Source: Candidatus Saccharimonadota bacterium (GTDB lineage: Bacteria; Bacteroidota; Bacteroidia; Flavobacteriales; Blattabacteriaceae). From it: a DNA stretch of 32,000 nt. Made by a program: the position numbers and the translations under genes. The stretch is from positions 30,001 through 62,000 of the forward strand of contig NZ_CP093908.1 in NCBI RefSeq assembly GCF_024818015.1, written 5' to 3'. The notes below the pieces were generated by a model. That model was not told the origin of the DNA, made no database searches, and saw only the letters and a program-made list of their open reading frames with translations. Shown here in pieces: positions 9,472 through 17,955 of the stretch; the stretch's first letter is position 1, and the number at the start of each line of letters is the position of its first letter.

Positions 9472-10596
9472 TTAATCTTTTATTGCTATACCTAAAAATA
9501 AGGCAGATAAAGATGTAAATATAAATGCTTGTAAAAAACCTACCATTATTTCTAATAAGAAAATAAAAATAGAAAAAGGTATAGATATAATTATTGAATA
9601 AATGTTTTTGAATATAAAAATTAAAGAAAGAAAACTGATTAAAATGATATGTCCAGCTGTAATATTTGCAAATAAACGTATACAAAGAGTCAAAGGACGA
9701 AGAAATATTCCAAATATTTCTATTGGAATTAATAATAATTTTATTATTAATGGAACCTTTGGCATCCAAAAAATATGTTTCCAGTATTTTTTTTTAGCAC
9801 TAAAAATAATGATAAAAAAGATTATCATTGATAATGATAAAGTAACGCTAATATTACCTGTAATATTAGGCCCTATAGGTAAGAGACCTATCAAATTATT
9901 GATTAATATAAAAAAAAATAGTGTTAAAAAAAAAGGAAAATACAGTTTAGAATTTTTTATTCCCAAATTAGGAATAGCTATTTCATTTTTAATATAAAAA
10001 AAAATAGATTCTAATAAGAGACCGGTTTTATAATTAGGTTTTTTCTCTTTATAAGAAAGAGATAATTTAATAAAAATTAAACATAAAATAAAGATAGATA
10101 TAATCAATGTTAATACATTTTTTGTAATAGAAAAATCTAAAGGCAGATTATTAAGAATCTTCCCATTAGAATCTAGTTTTAAGAAACCAAATTTATTGGT
10201 TTTATATATTTGATTATTTATTAATCTATAATAATTATTATTTATATTTACTAAATTATTTCCATGATCAAATTTTGATGACATAAATAATTTAAATCCT
10301 TTATCAAAAAGGATTATAGGTAATGAAATATAAACATTTTTTTTAAAATGCCATTCATGAGAATCATTAATATGACTTTTTATAAAAAAAGCTGGATTAA
10401 ACGTTTTATTAGAATTTAATTTTTGAGAATGTAAACAAGTTAAATTACTAACCCAAAAACAAAAGATAAATAAAAAACAAATTTTTTTTTTATATTTAAA
10501 TAACATAATGATTATGGAATTAGCCAATCGCATAAAAAAAAAGATTACTTCTTGAATAAAGATCCTTTTAGAAGAAAAAGTTATTTTATAATCCAT
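9472..10596 (-). CDS. atpB: F0F1 ATP synthase subunit a
   Basis: C-terminal half has RPLTLCIRLFANITAGHIIL and LEIMVGFLQAFIFTSLS. The long N-terminal domain (LDFSITKNV...) is as in Flavobacteria. The start is uncertain: ATG at 10596 overlaps lysC by 16 nt, and the alternative ATG at 10533 (MRLANS...) looks like the signal-like N-terminus. Confidence 0.88.
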   Translation of the reverse strand: MDYKITFSSKRIFIQEVIFFFMRLANSIIIMLFKYKKKICFLFIFCFWVSNLTCLHSQKLNSNKTFNPAFFIKSHINDSHEWHFKKNVYISLPIILFDKGFKLFMSSKFDHGNNLVNINNNYYRLINNQIYKTNKFGFLKLDSNGKILNNLPLDFSITKNVLTLIISIFILCLIFIKLSLSYKEKKPNYKTGLLLESIFFYIKNEIAIPNLGIKNSKLYFPFFLTLFFFILINNLIGLLPIGPNITGNISVTLSLSMIIFFIIIFSAKKKYWKHIFWMPKVPLIIKLLLIPIEIFGIFLRPLTLCIRLFANITAGHIILISFLSLIFIFKNIYSIIISIPFSIFIFLLEIMVGFLQAFIFTSLSALFLGIAIKD

Positions 10597-11822
10597 TGAG
10601 CTGTATCAGAATTAATTTGTCTTAAAATTATTTTAATTTTTTGAAAAAAAAAATTAAAATAATAATTATTATAATGTAAGATTGTATATAAATACACATT
10701 ATTTAATAATTTTATTATAAAATCACTTTTTAAGTTATTAATTAAAATATTTAAATTATTAAATTGATCTTCTACACAAATTGAAAGACTAATTGAGGAA
10801 CTTTGAATTAAAAAAACTTTTATTTGATATTTTGATATAATAGTAAATATATCCCTAATATTAGTTTCTAGAAAAAAAGAGAAATTCTTCATATAAAAAG
10901 ATATTAATTTCTGATTTTTTTTTACTATAAAACAAGGTTTTATAATTTCTTTATTTCTTTTTTTACTCACTAAGGTTCCTTTTTTTTTAGGGTAAATAAA
11001 AGAACGAACATATAATGGAATTTGTTTTTTTTTTAAAGGATGTAAGGTTTTAGTATGTATAACTGATGCACCATAATAAGATAATTCAAGAGCTTCGTCA
11101 TAAGAAAGACTATTTAATAAATTGTTTTTTAAAAAAAATCTAGGATCTGCATTTAATATTCCAGAAACATCTTTCCAAGTAGTTTGACTTTCCGCCTTTA
11201 AACAATATGAAAAAATTGATGCAGTATAATCAGATCCTTCTCTTCCTAAAGTTGTAGTAAAATAATTATAATCAGCTCCTATAAAACCTTGAGTTATATA
11301 TAAATAGTTTTTTTTTAATTGTTTTATTTTTTTATTTGTTTTTGTCCAATTAACATGTGCTTCACCATATGAATTATCAGTTTTTATATAATTTCTACAA
11401 TCTAACCAAATATTTTTCATTCCTATGAAATTGAAATATTCGCTAATTAATTTAGTTGAAATTAATTCACCAGATCCAACTACTTGATCATATAGAAAAT
11501 TATATTTCCTATATTTATTTTTTTTAAAAAAATATTTGATTCCATTAAAAATATTTTTTATATAGATATTTATCTTATGATTGTAAGGGAATAAATCATT
11601 AATCATTTTTAAATGATTACCTTCTATTTCAGATATTTGAATCTCTGTATTTTGTTTTAAAAAATATTTATTTACTACTTTTTCAAGCTTATTAGTAGTA
11701 TTACCAATAGCTGAAATTACAATTAAAGTCTTTTTATGACCTACTTCTTTTAGAAGATTATATAATTTTTTTACTCTTTTAGAGTTCTTTACAGAAGAGC
11801 CTCCAAATTTATAGATTTTCAT
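10581..11822 (-). CDS. lysC: aspartate kinase
   Basis: 413-aa ORF. MKIYKFGGSSV plus LGREGSDYTAS are aspartokinase signatures. The C-terminal third is ACT-like but very diverged. Confidence 0.85.
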   Translation of the reverse strand: MKIYKFGGSSVKNSKRVKKLYNLLKEVGHKKTLIVISAIGNTTNKLEKVVNKYFLKQNTEIQISEIEGNHLKMINDLFPYNHKINIYIKNIFNGIKYFFKKNKYRKYNFLYDQVVGSGELISTKLISEYFNFIGMKNIWLDCRNYIKTDNSYGEAHVNWTKTNKKIKQLKKNYLYITQGFIGADYNYFTTTLGREGSDYTASIFSYCLKAESQTTWKDVSGILNADPRFFLKNNLLNSLSYDEALELSYYGASVIHTKTLHPLKKKQIPLYVRSFIYPKKKGTLVSKKRNKEIIKPCFIVKKNQKLISFYMKNFSFFLETNIRDIFTIISKYQIKVFLIQSSSISLSICVEDQFNNLNILINNLKSDFIIKLLNNVYLYTILHYNNYYFNFFFQKIKIILRQINSDTAQWIIK

Positions 11823-11840
11823 TTTCTTTAAATCAACATA

Positions 11841-12449
11841 TTAAACAATTGTTATTACACTTTCAGTATTAAATATATTACATATATTACGTCCAAATAA
11901 TTTGATCGAATAAGATAATAATATTATTCCAAATACTTTTTTTATAATATTTAAATTCTCATTACTAATATGATTTTCTATCTCCGAAATTTTTTTTATT
12001 ACAAAATAGACAATTATTATATTTAATATTAATGAGATTAATATTGTTTGCAAATCATAATTTTTTTTTAAAGACACTAAAGTTGTTACAGAACCTGGTC
12101 CTGCTATTAATGGAAATGATATAGGAATAATTGATACTTGAGCACTAGTACTTTTATCTCTTTTATAGAATTCTATTCCTAGAATCATTTCTAATGAAAT
12201 AAAGAATAAGATTATTGAGCCCGCTAATGAAAAAGTATATAGATCAATACCAAAAGTATTTAAAATAAAATTTCCTAAAAAAATAAAAAATAAAAAGATT
12301 ACCAATGAGAATAAAGTAACTTTAGTAGGATTTATTATATCTCCTTTCTTTTTATATCCTATAATAATGGGAGCATTACCGATTACATCTATAATACTAA
12401 ATAATACCATAAAACATGTACATAATACTCTTATGTCTTGCATATTCAA
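11841..12449 (-). CDS. MarC-family (UPF0056) integral membrane protein
   Basis: 202-aa polytopic membrane ORF. The N-terminal FSIIDVIGNAPII and central ISFPLIAGPG resemble MarC/NAAT family motifs. The assignment is from memory of the family. Confidence 0.55.
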   Translation of the reverse strand: MNMQDIRVLCTCFMVLFSIIDVIGNAPIIIGYKKKGDIINPTKVTLFSLVIFLFFIFLGNFILNTFGIDLYTFSLAGSIILFFISLEMILGIEFYKRDKSTSAQVSIIPISFPLIAGPGSVTTLVSLKKNYDLQTILISLILNIIIVYFVIKKISEIENHISNENLNIIKKVFGIILLSYSIKLFGRNICNIFNTESVITIV

Positions 12450-13510
12450 AATTTATTTATTACCTTTATAGAATTAATTAAAAAATCTCCTACTTCTTTA
12501 GTGGAAGAAGGATTCTTATAATTTATGTCTTTAGTATAAATTCCATTTTTTAATGAATTTTTTACAAGTTTATTGATCAATAAACTTTCTTTTTTCATCC
12601 CAAAATCTTTTAACATCATAGATACAGATAATATAGCCCCCAATGGATTGGCAATATTTTTACCCGCAGCTTTTGGATATGATCCATGTATCGGTTCATA
12701 CATGGGAGTTTTTTCACCAATAGAAGAAGAAGGGATTAATCCTAATGATCCAACTATAGCACTAGCTTCATCTGAAAGAATATCTCCAAACATATTTTCA
12801 GTTAATAATATATCAAATTGTTTAGGATTAATAATCACTTGCATAGAAGCATTATCTATAAATAGATAATCTATTTGTACTTCTTTATATTTTCTATTTA
12901 TTTCTTTTAAAGTTTCACGCCATAATTTAGAAGTTGCTAAAACATTTGCCTTATCCACTAATGTTATTTTTTTTTTACGTTTTAAAGCTGCTTTAAAGGC
13001 ATAAATCGCTATACGTGATATATCTTTTTTATTATAAGAACATATATCATATGCTCTTTTTCCACTTTTAGAAATTCTTTTTTTCCCAAAATATATACCA
13101 TTAGTAAGTTCTCTATAGATAAGAAAATCTACATCTTTTATATAAGATTTTCTTATTGGAGATTTATCTAATAAAGATTTATAAACTTTAATAGGTCTTA
13201 TATTACAATATAATCCCAATTTTTTTCTAAGTTTTAATAGACCTTGTTCCGGTCTATTTTTTAAATTATTATCATATTTAGGATCTCCTATAGCACCCAA
13301 CAAAATAGAATCACATCCTAAACAAGTATCTAAAGTTTCTTTTGTTAAAGGAATACCAGTTTTTTCTATAGAAATTCCTCCTATTAAACACTTATGATAG
13401 ATAAATCTATGATCATATTTTTCCCCTATAGCATCTAATACTCTTAAAGATTGATTAATTACTTCTGGCCCTATTCCATCTCCTGATAAAACTGCTATAT
13501 TTTTTTCCAT
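12446..13510 (-). CDS. leuB: 3-isopropylmalate dehydrogenase
   Basis: 354-aa ORF with IAVLSGDGIGPEV, LLGAIGDPKYD and NMFGDILSDEASAIVGSLGL. Confidence 0.95.
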   Translation of the reverse strand: MEKNIAVLSGDGIGPEVINQSLRVLDAIGEKYDHRFIYHKCLIGGISIEKTGIPLTKETLDTCLGCDSILLGAIGDPKYDNNLKNRPEQGLLKLRKKLGLYCNIRPIKVYKSLLDKSPIRKSYIKDVDFLIYRELTNGIYFGKKRISKSGKRAYDICSYNKKDISRIAIYAFKAALKRKKKITLVDKANVLATSKLWRETLKEINRKYKEVQIDYLFIDNASMQVIINPKQFDILLTENMFGDILSDEASAIVGSLGLIPSSSIGEKTPMYEPIHGSYPKAAGKNIANPLGAILSVSMMLKDFGMKKESLLINKLVKNSLKNGIYTKDINYKNPSSTKEVGDFLINSIKVINKF

Positions 13511-13512
13511 AT

Positions 13513-14100
13513 TTAATTATAAATATTATTTTTTTCAAAAATTTCTATTTTTTTTTTTATACTAAAAAGTAATTCAATATCATCATATCCATTTATAAAA
13601 CATTTTTTTTTAAAATCGTCTATTTTAAAGTATTCTTTATTGTTTTCAAATTGAACATATTGATGTTCCAAATTGATTTCAAATAAAAGATTTGTATTTA
13701 AAAAAATTTTTTTATAAATTAAATTGATAAAATCTTTTTTAAGTTCTATAGTTAATAATCCATTATTTAAAGCATTTTGTTTAAAAATATCAGCAAAAAT
13801 ATTGGAGATTACAACTTTAAATCCATAATCTCTAATTGCCCACGCTGCATGTTCTCTACTAGAACCACATCCAAAATTTTTTCCAGTTATTAATATCTTT
13901 CCAGAATATTTTTTTTGATTTAAAATAAAATTTTTTTTGATTTTGCCATTTGAATCATACCGCCAATCTCTAAATAAATTTTTTCCTAAATCTGATTTAG
14001 TTGTTAATTTTAAAAATCGAGCTGGTATAATTTGATCAGTATCTATATTATCTATAAATAGAGGAACTGCTGTACTAAATAAAGTAATAAATTTTTCCAT
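13513..14100 (-). CDS. leuD: 3-isopropylmalate dehydratase small subunit
   Basis: 195-aa ORF with DNIDTDQIIPARFLK and GKNFGCGSSREHAAWAI. Confidence 0.94.
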   Translation of the reverse strand: MEKFITLFSTAVPLFIDNIDTDQIIPARFLKLTTKSDLGKNLFRDWRYDSNGKIKKNFILNQKKYSGKILITGKNFGCGSSREHAAWAIRDYGFKVVISNIFADIFKQNALNNGLLTIELKKDFINLIYKKIFLNTNLLFEINLEHQYVQFENNKEYFKIDDFKKKCFINGYDDIELLFSIKKKIEIFEKNNIYN

Positions 14101-14102
14101 AA

Positions 14103-15476
14103 TTACATATAATTGGTTTGAAGATATTCTGTAATATTAACAATTTTTCCTTCAATAGCTGTAATTGCGGCAACTAAAGGACTAGCTAACAAAGTGCGTG
14201 CCCCTTTTCCTTGACGTCCTTCAAAATTTCTATTTGATGTAGATAAACAATATTCTCCATAAGGGATTTTATCTTCATTCATTCCTAGACATGCTGAGCA
14301 TCCAGGTTTACGTAACTCAAATCCTGCTTTTAATAAAATTAAATCTATTCCAGAATTTAGAATTTCTTTATATACTTGTTTTGATCCAGGTACTACCATA
14401 ACAGAGACATTATCTGCTTTTTTTTTATTTTTTATTAGTTTAGATACTAACCTAATATCTTCTATTCTAGAATTAGTACAACTTCCAATAAAAACATAAT
14501 TTATTTTTAATCCTAATAAATACTCTCCTTCTTTTAATCCCATGTATTTCAAAGATTGAATATTTTTATCTCCTATTGGATCAGATATGTTTATACACAT
14601 ACTTGGATTAGTTCCATATGTTATCATCGGATAAATCTTATTTGAATTAAATTTATATTCTTTCTCAAAAAGAGCTTTTTTATCTGTTTTCAGATTTTTA
14701 CATATTTTTTTTAATTCTTTTTCTTTTGGGGAAAAAATTTTGGGGTTTAAATATTTTAAAGTAGTTGAGTCGGGCTCTATCATACCTCCTCTAGCTCCCA
14801 TTTCTATACTCATGTTGCACACTGTCATCCGTTCTTCCATATTCATTCTTTTAAAGACAGATCCACTATACTCTATAAAATAACCTGTTCCTCCATCTGG
14901 ACCTAATTTTGATAAAATATATAAGATTATATCTTTTGCAGTAACTCCTAAATTTAATTTACCTTCTAATTTGAGACGCATTTGTTTAGGTTTTGTTTGT
15001 AGTAAACATTGAGTTGCCATTACCATAGCGACCTGACTAGTTCCTATACCAAATGCTATACATCCAAAGGCACCATGAGTAGAAGTATGACTATCTCCAC
15101 AAACTATTGTCATTCCAGGAAGTGTAATTCCAAGTTCAGGACCAATAACGTGTACTATTCCTTGAAAATCATGTTTTAATCCAAAAAATAATATTCCATT
15201 ATCATAACAATTTTTTTCTAATGTTTCTATTTGAAATTTAGAAAGTACATCTTTTATTGGTAAATGTTGATTTTTTGTAGGAACATTATGATCTGTAGTA
15301 GCTATAATTTTATTATTTCTTAATATTGAAATTTTTCTTTTTTTTAGTTCTTCAAATGCTTGTGAACTAGTTACTTCATGTATATAATGTCTATCAATAT
15401 ATAAAACATCTATTTTTTTATTTAAACTAAAAACTACATGTGATTCCCAAACTTTCTCAAAAAGAGTTTTCTTCAT
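14103..15476 (-). CDS. leuC: 3-isopropylmalate dehydratase large subunit
   Basis: 457-aa aconitase-family ORF with [22 protein letters not shown] and the Fe-S ligand region GCSACLGMN. Confidence 0.96.
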   Translation of the reverse strand: MKKTLFEKVWESHVVFSLNKKIDVLYIDRHYIHEVTSSQAFEELKKRKISILRNNKIIATTDHNVPTKNQHLPIKDVLSKFQIETLEKNCYDNGILFFGLKHDFQGIVHVIGPELGITLPGMTIVCGDSHTSTHGAFGCIAFGIGTSQVAMVMATQCLLQTKPKQMRLKLEGKLNLGVTAKDIILYILSKLGPDGGTGYFIEYSGSVFKRMNMEERMTVCNMSIEMGARGGMIEPDSTTLKYLNPKIFSPKEKELKKICKNLKTDKKALFEKEYKFNSNKIYPMITYGTNPSMCINISDPIGDKNIQSLKYMGLKEGEYLLGLKINYVFIGSCTNSRIEDIRLVSKLIKNKKKADNVSVMVVPGSKQVYKEILNSGIDLILLKAGFELRKPGCSACLGMNEDKIPYGEYCLSTSNRNFEGRQGKGARTLLASPLVAAITAIEGKIVNITEYLQTNYM

Positions 15477-16621
15477 ATTTTCTTTAATATTTTTTTTAAA
15501 TCTTCATCATCAATTTCTTTTTTTTTATCTGCATACTTTAAAAAAAGACTATATATTACATTTAATTTTGATTTATTAAATGAATAACCTAATTTTTTAT
15601 AACGATAAGCTAAAGCTGAACGTCCACTTCTAGCTGTTAATATAATAGATGATTTATTAACTCCTACATCTTTTGGATCAATTATTTCATAAGTTTCTCT
15701 TTTTTTTATTAATCCATCTTGATGTATTCCTGAAGAATGTGAAAAAGCATTAGCTCCTACTATTGCTTTATTAGACTGTACAAACATACTTGTACATTCA
15801 GATACCAATTTACTTGTTTTATACAATAGTTTTGTATTTATTTTTGTATAAAAATTTAAATCTTTATGTTGTTTAATTATCATTACTACTTCTTCTAAAG
15901 AAGTATTACCTGCTCGTTCTCCAATTCCATTAATAGTACATTCTATTTGTTGAGCTCCATTAATTATTCCAGCTATTGAGTTTGCAGTAGATAATCCCAT
16001 ATCATTATGACAATGAGTTGATATTGTTACTTTATCTATTGAATAAACATTTTCTTTTAAAAATTTTATTTTTTCAGCATACTCTTCAGGTAAACAATAA
16101 CCTGTAGTATCTGGAATATTAATTACTGTTGCCCCTGCTTTTATGACAGCTTCACAAATTTGTGCTAAAAATATATTTTCTGTACGTCCAGCATCTTCTG
16201 CATAAAATTCTACATCTTCTACAAATTTTTTTGCATACTTTACAGCTTCTATTGCTATGTCTATTATTTTTTTAGGATTACTATTAAATTTATATTTAAT
16301 ATGATATGGAGATGTTCCTATTCCTGTATGAATTCTAGGATTTTTAGCATATTTTAATGCTAATGCTGCAATTTCTATATCTTTTTTTACAGCTCTTGAA
16401 AGACTACATATTATTGGTTCATATATAGATTTGCATATTTCTTCTACTGAATGAAAATCTCCTGGACTAGAAATAGGAAAACCTGCTTCTATGATATCTA
16501 CTCCCATTATTTCTAATTGACGAGCTATTTTTATTTTTTCTGATGTGTTTAATTTACAGCCTGGAACTTGTTCTCCATCACGTAATGTAGTATCAAAGAT
16601 TTGAATCCTTTTTTTTTTCAT
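15473..16621 (-). CDS. leuA: 2-isopropylmalate synthase, short form (catalytic barrel plus linker only)
   Basis: 382-aa ORF with [24 protein letters not shown] and HSSGIHQDG. It ends at ...[22 protein letters not shown], directly overlapping the leuC start (ATGA). Confidence 0.9.
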   Translation of the reverse strand: MKKKRIQIFDTTLRDGEQVPGCKLNTSEKIKIARQLEIMGVDIIEAGFPISSPGDFHSVEEICKSIYEPIICSLSRAVKKDIEIAALALKYAKNPRIHTGIGTSPYHIKYKFNSNPKKIIDIAIEAVKYAKKFVEDVEFYAEDAGRTENIFLAQICEAVIKAGATVINIPDTTGYCLPEEYAEKIKFLKENVYSIDKVTISTHCHNDMGLSTANSIAGIINGAQQIECTINGIGERAGNTSLEEVVMIIKQHKDLNFYTKINTKLLYKTSKLVSECTSMFVQSNKAIVGANAFSHSSGIHQDGLIKKRETYEIIDPKDVGVNKSSIILTARSGRSALAYRYKKLGYSFNKSKLNVIYSLFLKYADKKKEIDDEDLKKILKKI

Positions 16622-16700
16622 GTTGCTTTTTATTATATTTTAACTATAGTATACGAATAATAAATTAATAAAATTGATCAGATAATTTGTTTTATAAAAA
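16622..16700. promoter_or_regulatory. 79-bp divergent spacer between leuA and tyrS; presumed promoters for both long gene trains
   Basis: This is the largest non-coding stretch in the window and separates the two oppositely oriented gene runs. ATAATTTG at 16682..16689 is a one-mismatch match to the Bacteroidetes -7 box TAnnTTTG, 12 nt before the tyrS ATG. This evidence is weak. Confidence 0.3.
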
Positions 16701-17948
16701 ATGAATAATTTAATACAAGAATTATTGTGGAGAGGATTAATACATGATACTACTTATAGTGAAAGTGAACAAATAAAAAATGAAATAATTACTTTATATA
16801 CAGGATTTGATCCTACTTATAAATCTTTACATATAGGCAATTTAGTAGCTATAATTATGTTAATACATTTTAAAAAATCAGGTGATAATATCATATCAGT
16901 TATTGGAGGTGGAACAGGAATGATCGGAGATCCATCTGGAAAAGATGGTGAAAGAATTTTGAAAAAAAACGAATTATTATATATATTTTGTTTAAAAAAA
17001 CAATTATCTTTATATCTAGATTTTAAAAATCATGAAATATTCAATAATTATGAATGGTTAAAAAACAAATTATTTATTGAATTTACTAGAGATATCGGAA
17101 AATATTTTACAATTAATTATCTTTTAACAAAAGATTCAATCAAAAGAAGGATATCGAATAATAATAGTATATCATTTACAGAATTTACATATCAATTATT
17201 ACAAGCATATGATTTTCTTTATTTATATAAAGAAAAAAATTGTTCATTACAAATAGGAGGTTCTGATCAGTGGGGAAATATTACAAGTGGAATAGAACTT
17301 ATAAGAAAAAAAAGAGGTGTTAAAGTAAATGGATTAACATTTCCATTAATTACTAAACTTGATGGATCAAAATTTGGAAAGTCTGAAAATGGAGAAAATA
17401 TATGGATAGATAAAAATTTAACTTCTCCATATAAATTTTATCAATTTTGGATAAATATTGCCGATGAACAAGCAAAAAAATATATTAAAATCTATACTTT
17501 TCTTAAAAAAGAAGAAATAAAGGAAATTATTTTTTATCATGAAAATGATCCAAAATTAAAATTAATTCAAAAAAAATTAGCTGATGCAGTTACTATTTTT
17601 ATACATGGAAAAAAAACTTTTGAAAAAATAAAATTTATATCAAATATTATTTTTAATAAAAAAAAAAGAATAAACGAAATAAATAAAAATGATATTATTT
17701 TTATTTATAAAAATATTCCCCATAAAAAGATATATATTTCTAAGAAGATTCCAATAATAGATTTATTAGTAAATAAAAGTGAATTTTTCAAATCTAAAAA
17801 AGAAGCTATTAAACAATTAAAATTAAATTCAATTTCTATAAATAAAAAAAAGATAGATGAAAAATTTATTTTAAAAAAAAAGAATTTTATATCATATATT
17901 CTTTTGCAAAGAGGAAAAAAACAATTTTTTATGATAAAAATTGTATAA
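16701..17948 (+). CDS. tyrS: tyrosyl-tRNA synthetase
   Basis: 415-aa ORF with the HIGH-type motif SLHIGNL, GGSDQWGNI, the KMSKS-type motif KFGKS, and a C-terminal S4-like domain. Confidence 0.94.
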   Translation: MNNLIQELLWRGLIHDTTYSESEQIKNEIITLYTGFDPTYKSLHIGNLVAIIMLIHFKKSGDNIISVIGGGTGMIGDPSGKDGERILKKNELLYIFCLKKQLSLYLDFKNHEIFNNYEWLKNKLFIEFTRDIGKYFTINYLLTKDSIKRRISNNNSISFTEFTYQLLQAYDFLYLYKEKNCSLQIGGSDQWGNITSGIELIRKKRGVKVNGLTFPLITKLDGSKFGKSENGENIWIDKNLTSPYKFYQFWINIADEQAKKYIKIYTFLKKEEIKEIIFYHENDPKLKLIQKKLADAVTIFIHGKKTFEKIKFISNIIFNKKKRINEINKNDIIFIYKNIPHKKIYISKKIPIIDLLVNKSEFFKSKKEAIKQLKLNSISINKKKIDEKFILKKKNFISYILLQRGKKQFFMIKIV

Positions 17949-17955
17949 TTTTTAA

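Noticed and set aside
8925-9997. Track ORFs 8925..9341 (+), 9467..9769 (-) and 9602..9997 (+) inside the atp operon.
   Set aside because: They overlap atpF, atpE and atpB, which have clear family signatures. They are alternative-frame or antisense artefacts of AT-rich sequence.
5917-10596. Missing atpD and atpC after atpG as evidence of an incomplete ATP synthase.
   Set aside because: In Bacteroidota the atpDC pair is normally encoded at a separate locus from atpBEFHAG, so their absence from this operon is expected.
16622-16700. A leucine leader peptide or attenuator upstream of leuA.
   Set aside because: The 79-bp spacer read on the minus strand has no short ORF with consecutive Leu codons and no GC-containing stem-loops. 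There is nothing to support attenuation.
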